64,000 nt of DNA, taken from the NCBI GenBank assembly GCA_903862465.1, contig CAIOYH010000163.1, positions 7,289 to 71,288 on the forward strand, written 5' to 3'. Made by a program: the position numbers and the translations under genes. The number at the start of each line of letters is the position of its first letter. The first letter of the stretch is position 1. The notes beneath the pieces are model-generated. The model worked only from the letters and a program-made list of their open reading frames with translations. It was not told where the DNA came from and did no database searches. Of the stretch, positions 18,316-28,844 are shown in pieces. The DNA is from an uncultured bacterium. GTDB taxonomy: Bacteria; Bacteroidota; Bacteroidia; Bacteroidales; CAIWKO01.

Positions 18316-21300
18316 ATGAAAAAACACCTATTAACTCTATTATTGCTTGCTACATCTGCTTGCATGATCACATCACAAGGACAAACTACCACTCGATTTA
18401 ATGATGGTTACCTCACTGTATTTAAAGTAACTTCGGCTTCCCCATTAACCAATACAGGAACAGCAATCGTGGCTGAAGAATATAGTACGACGACTCCCGC
18501 ACAAACTGCACCCAATTACAGTGTTGCCATACCAACAGTCACAGGGAACAAACTTGTTGTTTCGGGCTCAGCAACGGCTGCCGGAGGCGTATCACGCTCA
18601 GAAAACGGTAGATATTTACTCATGCCGGGTTATAATGGTTTGATTGGCGATGCCAATACTACTTTTACCACCAATGCTGCCATCCGAACCATTAATGGAA
18701 TGGGCACCGTGGGAGCAGGAATTTCGGCAAATGGCATACTTTGGCTTGCCGGAAATAATAATGTTAGAGGTGCCGCTAGTGATGATGGCACCAATTATTG
18801 GATTTCGGGCAATGGAGTAGGAATTCAAACTTCAACAACAGGCAACCCCATAACCACGGTTACAACCACCTCGACCAACAATCGTGATGTTACCATTTAT
18901 AATGGACAATTGTATCTAACTACCGGTTCTTCTTCGCAAGGAATTTATAGTATTGGAATAGGGAAACCTATCACAAGCGGAACCACTTCAACCCGATTGT
19001 TTGCGCCCACAAATACCGATACCTATGCTTTTTCAATCAGCCCCGATGGCGCTACTATATATTATGTTTCCTCCACCGCAGGAGGTATTTATCGTAGCAC
19101 CTTTAATGGAACCGTTTGGACCACCGGAACTCAAATCGTTAGCGGAGTTGGTTACACAGGCATAGCTGTTGATTGGACAAACTATACATTTAGCTCTACG
19201 GCTGCAAACGGCGCTCGAATCTTCGCTTCCAATCCTTCCACCATTATTGCTGCAAACGATAATGGAACAACAGTGGCAACCACCATGATTTTAAGAACGG
19301 AACCGGCTCCAACCATGAATGCATTTCGTCAGTTAGCTTTTTCCCCTTCAAAGCAAACCATTAGCTTAGGTGCTAACACTCCTTTGGCAAGCACAGTTTC
19401 TACGGCATCAAACGATGTAGTGTTATTCCAATTCAATTTAAGTGCAGATGAAGGAAATGCAACATTAAAAAAATTAATAATAAATCAACAAGGAACTGCA
19501 ACGCTTGGTGCAGGAAATGATATAAGCAATTTTAAACTTATTGAAGATGCTAATGATAACGGTATTGCTGATCCTAACGAGCTTTCTGCTGCTCTTGCAA
19601 TTGGTAATGTATTGAGTTCTTCCATCACGTTCAGTTCCTTAATTCTTTCGTCATATATCAATGAAGGTACAAGCAGAAACTTTATTATCACAGGTGATGT
19701 TTCTCCCATGGCAAGCAATAATGCTACTTTCATTCCAAGCATAGTTTCTAACAAGACATTAAACGGAATCAATTACACAACCAACGCAATCAATGCCGGA
19801 AATAGTTGGATAACGATAGGAGCAACGCCACCAACCGGCAATCCTATTACAATTTCGGCTTGTTCACCTGTTATTGTTTCAACACAACCCATAAGTCCGG
19901 CTTCTATATGTGCAGGTTCAGCCACGGCACTCTTTTATACTTCTGTTAGCGGCACAGCTCCTTTTACCTATCAATGGGAAGAAAATAATGTTCCCATCTC
20001 CAATAATGGAATCTATAGTGGAACAAATACAGATACTCTTAAAGTTATCAATCCAAGTATATCTTTAAATGGAAAAACATATAGATGTGTTATTTCAAAC
20101 TGTTCAAGTATAAATGCAGATACTACTGATAACACAGCAAGCTTGACTGTGCTTCCTTTAGCCATTCAACCTGTACCATTTTCAGACAGTTCTGCTACCG
20201 TAGTAGCCGGACAAACTAGTGTTGTTTACACCGTGCCAAATGATGTATCGGTATTAACCTATCAATGGAGTTATAGCGGAACAGGAGCAACAATCAATGG
20301 AATCGGAAACTCTATAACAATGAGTTTTTCTACTATAGCAACCTCCGGGACATTAAGCGTAGTGGCAATAGATTACTGTGGAAGTAGCCTTGCTCGCACG
20401 TTGAATATAACAGTAAATCCATTGCCGGGCTTGATGCGTATTACTGAATATATGTATCAAGGCGCAGGTTCAGGTGGTGCAGGCGAGTTTGTTGAATTTA
20501 CAAATGTTGGCGGAACTAGTGTTGATATGATGGGATGGAGTTTTGATGATAATACTGAACTTGCGGGTTCGCAAAGTTTAAGTGCTTTTGGTGTGGTTCA
20601 GCCCGGCGAATCCGTAATTTTGACCGAAATACCTGCTGCAACATTTCGCACGAATTGGAATTTATGTCCTCAAGTAAAAATAATAGGAGGTTGCACCAAT
20701 AACTTAGGTCGCGAAGATGAAATAAATCTGTATAATGCTTCAAATAACTTGGTTGACAGACTGACTTATGGCGACCAAACCTATTCACCGGGAAGTATCA
20801 GAACAACCACCAAAAGCGGATGGACAAATGCTGCCGGATTAGGAGCAAACACCATCATCAATTGGACCTTATCTTTGAATGCTGATGCAGAAGCTTCTTA
20901 TGCGTCTTCTCTTGGTGAAATTGGTAGCCCCGGCAAAAGCACCCGTGCAATTGTCAGTTTCAATCCTTGCAATGTTCCAAATGGAACACCAACCATTGTG
21001 ATGGATGTGGCTACCACCACAAACTATCTTGATGCGGGTATAACAACAGCACCTGTAGGCTCTTTTGGAATTAGTGGCGTTATCAACGATCCCACCGACC
21101 CTGCCACCATTTTAGGCATTGATTTTACTATCAATGACGATGTAACACCCGTTGCAAACCTTACAGTAACAACATCAAGCAGCAATACAGCCGTAGTCCC
21201 GAATGCAAATATTATTATGACAGGCAACAATGCATCTAGAAATATCAAAATTACTCCCGCAAGTGTTGGATATTCCAATATTACCATTACCGTTAGTGAT

Positions 21301-22992
21301 GGCACTTTGAGTTCATCTTTTGTAATCAACTATGCAGCTTCATTAGCATCCACAACTCCTACTTCTACTTTTTGGCATACAGGCATGTCGGATGCATCGG
21401 ATGCTGTTGCCATAGATGATAATTATTATATGTTGGGCGATGATGAAATGAATATCATCAATGTCTATTCCCGTTCGAATTCAGGTTTGCAATTTGCCTC
21501 ATTTGAATATACCTCATATTTAGCCTTGCCCGACCCTTCCAAGCCCGAAGTTGATTTGGAAGCAGGCACAAAAAGCCCTACAAATTCAAATAAAGTGTAT
21601 TGGCTTGGTTCTATGAGTAACGGCAAAGCTCCTTTTGATAATAAACCCAACAGAAATCGTATCTTTGCTACCAATTTTACGGGCACCGGAGCCGCAACGA
21701 ATTTTTCTTTTGCAGGATATTATGGTGATTTAAGAAACAATCTAATTGCTTGGGGTGATGCTCATGGCTACAACTTTACCGCAAGTGCGGCAGCAGGGGT
21801 TGATTCAAAAACAGATTATGGTTTTTCTGCCGAAGCATTAGCTTTTGCTCCTGACCACACTACTTTATATATTGGTTTAAGAGCGCCCCTTGTTCCTGTA
21901 TCTAACAGAACAAAGGCTGTTATTGCTCCTATCACAAATTTCGAATCATGGTTCAACAATGGCTCACCTTTGGGCAATCCAACATTTGGTGCACCTCTTG
22001 AAATTGATTTGGGAGGAAGAAGTTTCCGCGATTTAATAGTACTTTCAAATGGCACTTATATTATTGTTGCAGGTAATTGTGCAAGTACGCCCATGACAAG
22101 TGCACTTTTCAAATGGACAGGCAATGCAAGCGATGCACCTATTTTGTTAAGCTCATCTGCCGATGGAATTTTAAATATGGAAGGTGCCATGCAAGTCAAT
22201 ACAGGTGGAAATCTTTCGATGTCGAAATTGCAAGTTATTTGTGATGGTGGCGATGAAATTTTGTATAATGATGGTTCTGCGGCTAAAGATTTAGCGAATA
22301 TAAATCTTCGCAAATTCCGTTCAGATAATTTAAGTTCTTTAGATTTATGTATGCCCAAATCAGGAGATACTACTGCTGTGGCTTGTACTAATTTTTCGTG
22401 GTACGGGACTAATTATAGCACCTCACAAACACCTACGCATGTGTTTACTACCCTTTCGGGTTGCGACTCTACTGTTACACTTCACTTGACTATAAATACT
22501 TCGCCTGCATTGCCCGTGATAACTCAAAATGGTTCGGTTTTAAGTTCCACTCTTGCTTCAAGTTATCAATGGTATTATAATGGCACCATCATCAATGGCG
22601 CCACTTCTTCCACCTATACAACTTCAGCGAATGGCTCTTATTTTGTTGTTGTTACCAATGCAAGCGGATGCGAAGCTACCTCTAATGCTTTTGATGTGCT
22701 CACAACAAGTGTGGAAGCGTCTACCTTTGAGAATGCAATTGTAGCATATCCAAATCCGTTTTCAGGCAATACATCTATCAATCTGACTTTAGCAAACAAA
22801 TCAAAAGTGAGCGTTGAAGTGATTTCGCTTTTAGGCGAACATATTCAAACCCTTGTGAATTCTGATTTAGATGCAGGGAAACATACTTTCGATTTTGATG
22901 CAAAACAATTGGGTTATTCCTCTGGAGTTTATTTTGTAAAATTATCTATCAACGATAAAATAATCACTAAAAAGATAATTCAAACAAACTAA
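18316..22992 (+). CDS. Giant surface protein: shared N-terminal module, Ig-like domains, lamin-tail domain (LTD), DUF3616/phytase-like region, T9SS type-A sorting domain
   Basis: Signal peptide MKKHLLTLLLLATSACMITSQGQ. The first ~520 aa are collinear with 13831..18036. The LTD-like segment reads MRITEYMYQGAGSGGAGEFVEFTNVGGTSVDMMGWSFDD. DDNYYMLGDDEMNIINVYSR...WLGSMSNGK resembles the DUF3616/esterase-like phytase fold. The C-terminus reads VAYPNPFSGNTSINL...GVYFVKLSINDKIITKKIIQTN. Confidence 0.9.
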   Translation: MKKHLLTLLLLATSACMITSQGQTTTRFNDGYLTVFKVTSASPLTNTGTAIVAEEYSTTTPAQTAPNYSVAIPTVTGNKLVVSGSATAAGGVSRSENGRYLLMPGYNGLIGDANTTFTTNAAIRTINGMGTVGAGISANGILWLAGNNNVRGAASDDGTNYWISGNGVGIQTSTTGNPITTVTTTSTNNRDVTIYNGQLYLTTGSSSQGIYSIGIGKPITSGTTSTRLFAPTNTDTYAFSISPDGATIYYVSSTAGGIYRSTFNGTVWTTGTQIVSGVGYTGIAVDWTNYTFSSTAANGARIFASNPSTIIAANDNGTTVATTMILRTEPAPTMNAFRQLAFSPSKQTISLGANTPLASTVSTASNDVVLFQFNLSADEGNATLKKLIINQQGTATLGAGNDISNFKLIEDANDNGIADPNELSAALAIGNVLSSSITFSSLILSSYINEGTSRNFIITGDVSPMASNNATFIPSIVSNKTLNGINYTTNAINAGNSWITIGATPPTGNPITISACSPVIVSTQPISPASICAGSATALFYTSVSGTAPFTYQWEENNVPISNNGIYSGTNTDTLKVINPSISLNGKTYRCVISNCSSINADTTDNTASLTVLPLAIQPVPFSDSSATVVAGQTSVVYTVPNDVSVLTYQWSYSGTGATINGIGNSITMSFSTIATSGTLSVVAIDYCGSSLARTLNITVNPLPGLMRITEYMYQGAGSGGAGEFVEFTNVGGTSVDMMGWSFDDNTELAGSQSLSAFGVVQPGESVILTEIPAATFRTNWNLCPQVKIIGGCTNNLGREDEINLYNASNNLVDRLTYGDQTYSPGSIRTTTKSGWTNAAGLGANTIINWTLSLNADAEASYASSLGEIGSPGKSTRAIVSFNPCNVPNGTPTIVMDVATTTNYLDAGITTAPVGSFGISGVINDPTDPATILGIDFTINDDVTPVANLTVTTSSSNTAVVPNANIIMTGNNASRNIKITPASVGYSNITITVSDGTLSSSFVINYAASLASTTPTSTFWHTGMSDASDAVAIDDNYYMLGDDEMNIINVYSRSNSGLQFASFEYTSYLALPDPSKPEVDLEAGTKSPTNSNKVYWLGSMSNGKAPFDNKPNRNRIFATNFTGTGAATNFSFAGYYGDLRNNLIAWGDAHGYNFTASAAAGVDSKTDYGFSAEALAFAPDHTTLYIGLRAPLVPVSNRTKAVIAPITNFESWFNNGSPLGNPTFGAPLEIDLGGRSFRDLIVLSNGTYIIVAGNCASTPMTSALFKWTGNASDAPILLSSSADGILNMEGAMQVNTGGNLSMSKLQVICDGGDEILYNDGSAAKDLANINLRKFRSDNLSSLDLCMPKSGDTTAVACTNFSWYGTNYSTSQTPTHVFTTLSGCDSTVTLHLTINTSPALPVITQNGSVLSSTLASSYQWYYNGTIINGATSSTYTTSANGSYFVVVTNASGCEATSNAFDVLTTSVEASTFENAIVAYPNPFSGNTSINLTLANKSKVSVEVISLLGEHIQTLVNSDLDAGKHTFDFDAKQLGYSSGVYFVKLSINDKIITKKIIQTN

Positions 22993-23031
22993 ACCAAAGC
23001 CTTGTCTGTAAACGAAATCAAATAAATAATC

Positions 23032-23433
23032 ATGAAAATAGTTACGAGGAATCAATTGAAATTTGCCGGAGTACTTTTCCTATTGTCTGTTGCTTACCAA
23101 TATGGATTAAACATTATTCATAATTATAATGAGTTGCGTTTCGTTTTGGCTTTTCAAATTTTTTATTTTGGTTCTATATTCTTTTTCGTGTGGTTATTTG
23201 GCAGAAAAGAAAACGTTTCAATTTCTCTTTTAGATTTAAGTTTCAAGTATCATATTATAACCTATGCTATTTGCAATAGTATCGCTGAGCTTTGGTTTCA
23301 TTATAATCTTCAATCGAACTGTGAAAACATAAGTTATGTTCACTTAGGTGGTTTGTATTGGGGTTTAGGATTATTGGTTCATTTTTTTCTATTCAATATA
23401 TTTTCAAAGAATATTGAATTGGGTTTTGAATAA
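23032..23433 (+). CDS. Small polytopic membrane protein, unknown function
   Basis: A 133-aa ORF with about four hydrophobic segments, 40 bp after the preceding gene on the same strand. I recognised no motif. Confidence 0.5.
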   Translation: MKIVTRNQLKFAGVLFLLSVAYQYGLNIIHNYNELRFVLAFQIFYFGSIFFFVWLFGRKENVSISLLDLSFKYHIITYAICNSIAELWFHYNLQSNCENISYVHLGGLYWGLGLLVHFFLFNIFSKNIELGFE

Positions 23434-23584
23434 ATAAAGAAGTTTCAATTCATGTTGGGATGCAAGTTTTCACAGTTGGCATTAATAAACAAAAATGCAT
23501 ATATAGATCAGGAAGTTCAACACCTGTTTAAATTTCACAAAATTATCATAGGGAAAGTTTTCTGATCTTCAATAAATAAAAAAA

Positions 23585-23603
23585 GGCTTGACAATGTCAA
23601 GCC
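23585..23603. terminator. Bidirectional rho-independent terminator between convergent genes
   Basis: ggcttgac-aat-gtcaagcc perfect 8-bp stem, flanked by an A-run on the left and a T-run on the right. Confidence 0.8.
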
Positions 23604-23630
23604 TTTTTTTTAGTAGTAGATATTCATTTA

Positions 23631-24947
23631 TTATTGCTTGATAATCTTGAAGGTTTTGTAATTGTTTATCTTAATGAAATAGATACCTTTGCTCAAAGTT
23701 TCCATTCCAATTGTAATTAATTCGTCGCTTGAAGTTACAGTTTTTAAAGTTTGTCCACATACATTGATCAGGTTAATGCTTATGGTTTCATGCGTGTTGT
23801 TTTGGACATTAACAAGGTTTTGAGTTGGGTTAGGATAGATGGAGATTTGATTTGCTATATCATTTGATGCCACAGCAGCAATCGTTTCTGTTTGATATCC
23901 ACAATAAATAGGGTTAGTCCAAGAGATGCTACTGTTCCCCGATAACAATTCAATACGATAGAATGCTCTTTGATAGGGAGTGTCGGTAAATTCTATCGTT
24001 GGATTTGAAGAAGAAATAGCAAGGGGTTGACTAAAGAGCGGTATGCCATTTTTAATCACTTTTACACTTAAATTTGAGCCACTGCCAACCAAATTAACGC
24101 GGAAAGTTACGGCAGAATTGGTGTCGGCAATGGCATCTCCCATCATATAATTAAAGGTATTATTCCCATGTATATCTGCAAAGAACTCACAACGAGGATC
24201 AGTTGGCGAATTGCTGATACAAACATGCCCGTTTCTTATTCCATCAATAATTCCTTCTCCATTTGGTTCTGCTGAATAAACCCATGTGGAAGGCGAACCT
24301 AAATTTGGATACACAGAAGGAAGCCAATAACTGAGTTTGTGCATATCGCTCCCACCCACGCCTGTAATTCTTTTGCCCGACATCAATAAAGGTTCCCAAA
24401 CGGTGGTAATAACACTATTATTATTGCTCAGCAGGTAAGAAATAGGTCCGTTGAGAATTTCTATACTTGGGAATTCGAAATTGTAGCCAACATCCCAAAG
24501 CAAAGCACCATTTAACGGATGATTGATAGAGAACAAACCTCCTTGCGATTTAACTATGCTCGCTGCTTTAGCAGGTTGTTTCGCTGTGTTGGCAGCAAAT
24601 ATAGAGTCGTAAGGAAATGGGGTGCTGTTCCAAATGCCTGCATGACCAATGTCGGTTGTCCATTCCATACCATAAAGCAAAATCATGTTGTTGCTATGAT
24701 AGGCTGTGTCCGACCACGTGATAGGATTGCCCACATAAGGCGTGTAAGTGTTGTCGTGGTCGGTAATCACATAAAAGTTGAATCCTTTGCTTTCGGCATT
24801 AGCAATAACGCTCGATACAGGCGATTCACCATCGCTGTAGGTGCTGTGGGAATGTAAGTCACCTTTATACCAACTCCCTGTTTGCGAAAAGCAAACGTTG
24901 GCGGTGATGACAATTACTGTCAAAATTGAAAATAATTTTTTCTTCAT
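23631..24947 (-). CDS. Secreted PHP-family (CehA/McbA-like) metallo-phosphoesterase with a T9SS type-A sorting domain
   Basis: Signal peptide MKKKLFSILTVIVITANVCFSQ. PHP motifs are GDLHSHSTYSDG, VITDHD, GMEW, INHP and GGSDMH. The C-terminus reads ISIYPNPTQNLVNV...GIYFIKINNYKTFKIIKQ. Confidence 0.8.
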   Translation of the reverse strand: MKKKLFSILTVIVITANVCFSQTGSWYKGDLHSHSTYSDGESPVSSVIANAESKGFNFYVITDHDNTYTPYVGNPITWSDTAYHSNNMILLYGMEWTTDIGHAGIWNSTPFPYDSIFAANTAKQPAKAASIVKSQGGLFSINHPLNGALLWDVGYNFEFPSIEILNGPISYLLSNNNSVITTVWEPLLMSGKRITGVGGSDMHKLSYWLPSVYPNLGSPSTWVYSAEPNGEGIIDGIRNGHVCISNSPTDPRCEFFADIHGNNTFNYMMGDAIADTNSAVTFRVNLVGSGSNLSVKVIKNGIPLFSQPLAISSSNPTIEFTDTPYQRAFYRIELLSGNSSISWTNPIYCGYQTETIAAVASNDIANQISIYPNPTQNLVNVQNNTHETISINLINVCGQTLKTVTSSDELITIGMETLSKGIYFIKINNYKTFKIIKQ

Positions 24948-25277
24948 AGTGCTTAAAATTTTTAGTTAATTAATGGCATCAAAATTAGCACTTCAACTTC
25001 ACGTACATATTTTGTTTATATCATCAAATCATCAAATAATTGTTGAGTATCGGAACTTTGACCTAACATTCGTTGTGTCTCTATTTCTTTAGATAGACAT
25101 TAACCGTTTAGAAGAGCAATTTTGTTTCGAGAATTATGAGAAAAAAAATAGATACGACGTAATAATACTGTGGATTAAAACATGAAATCAAAAAAACTTA
25201 TCCAAAAGAGTCGCTTTTCTCCTCAAAACTTAATGTAAACTTAAACTTTTCGTAATATTCAATAGCTCAGTAATATT

Positions 25278-25285
25278 TACTTTTG
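25278..25285 (+). promoter_or_regulatory. Candidate -7 promoter box (TAnnTTTG)
   Basis: tacttttg lies 45 bp upstream of the ppk1 start at 25330. Confidence 0.4.
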
Positions 25286-25329
25286 GCTTTTCGAATGGAG
25301 AAAAAAATTGTACGCTAAGTTATAAAGAA

Positions 25330-27406
25330 TTGAATAAAAAAGAAAAATCGGAATTACTAAATAGAGAAGTTAGTTGGCTGTATTTCAATGGTAGGGTGTT
25401 GCAAGAAGCAGCAGACTCACGAAATCCATTGATAGAGCGACTTAGATTTCTTGGCATTTTTTCGAACAATAGAGACGAGTTTTTTCGTGTGCGTGTGGCT
25501 ACCTTGACGCGTTTGTTGAAAATACAGCAAACGCAGGAAGCAGGTTTGGCAGATCCCCGAAAAGTGTTAGACCAAATTGACGAAATTGTTAGTATCGAGG
25601 AAAAAGAATTTATGAAGACATATCATCAAATTCTTGAAGAGATGGCTTCTAAGAATTTGTTTATCATAAATGAAACGGAACTTTCTGCCGAGCAAGGCGT
25701 TTATCTGAAAAAATATTTTTTGGAAACCATTCGCCCCTGTCTTTTTCCGATAATGATTAGCAATTTGAAAGATATTTCGACCCTGCGCGACAGGTCAATA
25801 TATTTGGCGGTGAGTTTGCGCAGGAAAAGCAGGTTGATGAAGGAAGAATATGCGCTGATTGAGTTGCCCACCAAAACTATTTCGAGGTTTTGTATTTTGC
25901 CCACCGAGGGCGATAAAAAATTTGTGATTCTATTGGACGATATCGTGCGTTATTGTTTGTCGGATATATTTTCTGTTTTCGGGTGGGATGCTTTTAGCGC
26001 CTATACGGTGAAAATTACCTTGGATGCTGAGATTGATATTGATACCGATGTGTCGAAAAGCTTTTTGGAAACCATGACCGAAAGCCTGAAACAACGAAAG
26101 AAAGGAAATCCGGTGCGGTTTGTTTATGACAAAGACATGCCAATCGCGCTGTTAAAAACCTTAACCAAGCTGTTGAAGATTCGTAAAGAAGATCCCATCA
26201 GAGGTGGTGGCAGGTATCATAATTTTAAAGATTTTATGCACTTTCCCAATTTGGATCATCCCGAATTGGAGTATCCTCCTTTGCCTCCTTTGCGCCATAA
26301 AGATTTGCCACCCAACAGAAGCATACTTGCTGCGATTCGAAAAAAGGACATCATGCTGCATTATCCGTATCAATCTTTTCAAATCATCATTGATATGTTG
26401 CGCGAAGCTTCTATTGACCCCAAAGTGCGCTCCATAAAAATGACTATTTATCGCGCAGCAAAAAATTCTGATGTGATTAATGCCTTGCTGAATGCTGCCC
26501 GAAATGATAAGAAAGTTACAGTTTTCATGGAGCTGCAAGCACGATTTGATGAGCAAGCAAATATCTTTTGGACAGAACTTTTGCAGGAAGAAGGGGTGCG
26601 TGTCATACAAGGAATTCCCGGATTTAAGGTGCATAGCAAATTGATTTTGATTCGAAGCAAAGAGAATGAAAAAAACATCTTTTATGCCAACATCGGTACG
26701 GGGAATTTTAATGAAGATACGGCGCGTGTTTATGCCGATGATAGTTTGTTGACCTCCGACTCAAAGATTACTGCCGATGTGGCGAATGCCTTTAATCAAA
26801 TGGAAGCCAACTATCGTCCCATTAAATATAAATCTTTAGTGTTGGCGCCGTTCATGATGCGTAATACTTTCATGAAAATGATTTCGCATGAAATTCGAAA
26901 TGCAAAAGCCAATAAACCGGCATGGATTCTGATAAAATTAAACAATTTGGTTGACGAAACCATCATCCAAAAACTGTATAAAGCGAGTCAAGCAGGCGTG
27001 AAAAATCAATCTTATTGTCAGAGGTATTTGTGTGCTGAAACCCGGTGTGAAAGGTTTGAGCGATAATATAGAAGCCATTAGCATTGTTGACCGATTTTTG
27101 GAACACTCCCGTGTGCTTGTGTTTTGCAATGCAGGCAATCCTCACTATTTTATCACATCGGCTGATTGGATGATACGCAATTTCGACAACCGTATTGAGG
27201 TGGCGTGCCCCATTTATGACACGGATTTGCAAAAAGAACTCATGACGATGCTCCAAATTCAAATGGCTGATAATGTTAAAGCGCGAGATTTGAGCAGTAA
27301 AAAAATCAATGCGTATGCCAAATCATCAAAACGAATCATACACTCCCAATTAGAAATTTATAATTATTTTAAAACATCTCTTGAATCAGCAGAAACAGAA
27401 TCCTAA
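25330..27406 (+). pseudogene. ppk1: Polyphosphate kinase 1, frame broken by one extra A in the A5 run at 27001-27005 (fragments 25330..27066 and 27032..27406); probably a homopolymer sequencing error
   Basis: N-terminus LLNREVSWLYFNGRVLQEA, plus the PLD-like C-terminal domains. Deleting one A restores ..[44 protein letters not shown].., which matches my memory of the conserved PPK1 sequence. The restored length is 691 aa. The apparent start is a TTG, with no in-frame ATG nearby. Confidence 0.9.
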
Positions 27407-27448
27407 TTCATTTTAAGCTGCTACGATTAGAATTTATACGTAAAAACA

Positions 27449-27940
27449 ATGAAAACAATTTATATTATACGACACGGAAAATCGGCACACGACAATATTT
27501 ACGTTTCTGACCACAACCGTGCTTTGTTGCTCAAAGGCGAAGAGCGCACAAGATTAATCGCTGAATATATTAAGAAAAACAACTTCCCGTGTCAACTCAT
27601 TATCAGCAGTAGTGCCGTCAGAGCTGTCCACACGGCTCGCATCATTACGACTGCGTTTCCGCCTTTAGACTACGAAATTGTGGTGGAGCCACGCTTGTAT
27701 AACGCCTCGGCTTCAGAATATTTAGATATTTTGCTCGAATTGGACGATAGCATTTCTCAAGTTGCTTTAGTGGGCCACAATCCTGCTATCACCGAGTTTG
27801 CCAACAATTTCTTGAAAGAAAAATTAGAAAAAATGATTACGTCCGCCGTGGTTTGTATCGAAATCAATGCCGACAAATGGTCAGAAATACCTATTTCACC
27901 TTACGATAAAAAATTTATAATCACCTTTAAAATGTTATAG
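27449..27940 (+). CDS. SixA-like histidine phosphatase superfamily protein (phosphohistidine phosphatase-like)
   Basis: MKTIYIIRHGKSAHD (RHG catalytic motif) and VGHNPAITEF. At about 160 aa it is SixA-sized. Confidence 0.75.
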   Translation: MKTIYIIRHGKSAHDNIYVSDHNRALLLKGEERTRLIAEYIKKNNFPCQLIISSSAVRAVHTARIITTAFPPLDYEIVVEPRLYNASASEYLDILLELDDSISQVALVGHNPAITEFANNFLKEKLEKMITSAVVCIEINADKWSEIPISPYDKKFIITFKML

Positions 27941-27941
27941 T

Positions 27942-28844
27942 ATGTTATTTGCCTCTATTGATATCGGAACAAACGCTGTTCGTTTGTTATTTTCAAATGT
28001 TTATCTTCGCGATGAACAAATTTATGCTGAAAAAGCTTCCATCATACGCATCCCGATACGTTTGGGCGAAGATGTTTTTTCTATAAACTATATTTCTGAA
28101 GAGAAAATAGACCTTTTATTAAAAACCATGCGTGCCTTTAAACTGTTGATGGATGTTTACCGACCTCTTTCCTACATAGCCTGCGCCACTGCTGCCATGC
28201 GTGAAGCTTCCAATAGCGATGAGGTGGTCAGAAGAATTAAAGAAGAAGTGGGTATTGACATCAAGGTGATTAGCGGCAAGGAAGAAGCCGACATCGTTAC
28301 GGCAAGCAATCATGTGGTTTTGAAAGAGCCATTTAAGTACAAAATGTATGTGGATGTGGGCGGCGGAAGCACCGAAATTTCGCTTTTAAATCATCAAGGG
28401 CTTGTAGCATCAAAATCGTTTAAAATCGGAACCATTCGCTATTTAAAAAATAAAATAGATGAAAAGGAATGGGCAAAGATGCAAGATTGGTTGCTTGAAT
28501 TTAAAAAGGACTTTGGCAAGATTTATTTGGTGGGTTCGGGCGGCAACATCAACAAAATAACCAAAATGTATGGCAACAGAGATGCTTTTATGATTGAAAA
28601 GGAAGAGTTGATGAAAGCCTATGAGCAATTGAGCAAATTGACTTTAGCCGACCGCATCGAAATGTTGGGTTTGCGTCCCGATAGAGCCGATGTTATTGTG
28701 CCTGCGGCTATTATATTTATCAAAATAATGACTTGGATACGGACAGAAGTTGTGTATGTGCCTAAAATCGGATTGGCAGATGGATTGATTTATAAAGGTT
28801 ACTACGAATATCTTAAAAATAGTCCGGTTGAAAAATTCTTTTAA
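27942..28844 (+). CDS. ppx: Ppx/GppA-family exopolyphosphatase
   Basis: MLFASIDIGTNAVRLLF, ATAAMREASN and VDVGGGSTEISL are ASKHA/Ppx-GppA motifs. The start lies 1 nt after the preceding stop. Confidence 0.85.
   Translation: MLFASIDIGTNAVRLLFSNVYLRDEQIYAEKASIIRIPIRLGEDVFSINYISEEKIDLLLKTMRAFKLLMDVYRPLSYIACATAAMREASNSDEVVRRIKEEVGIDIKVISGKEEADIVTASNHVVLKEPFKYKMYVDVGGGSTEISLLNHQGLVASKSFKIGTIRYLKNKIDEKEWAKMQDWLLEFKKDFGKIYLVGSGGNINKITKMYGNRDAFMIEKEELMKAYEQLSKLTLADRIEMLGLRPDRADVIVPAAIIFIKIMTWIRTEVVYVPKIGLADGLIYKGYYEYLKNSPVEKFF

Noticed and set aside
26990-27040. The ppk1 frameshift could be programmed ribosomal frameshifting at the A-run.
   Set aside because: Two other unrelated genes (the Fe-S protein gene and cysK) are broken at homopolymers in both the insertion and deletion direction. 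Sequencing error is therefore more parsimonious. No stimulatory structure is evident.
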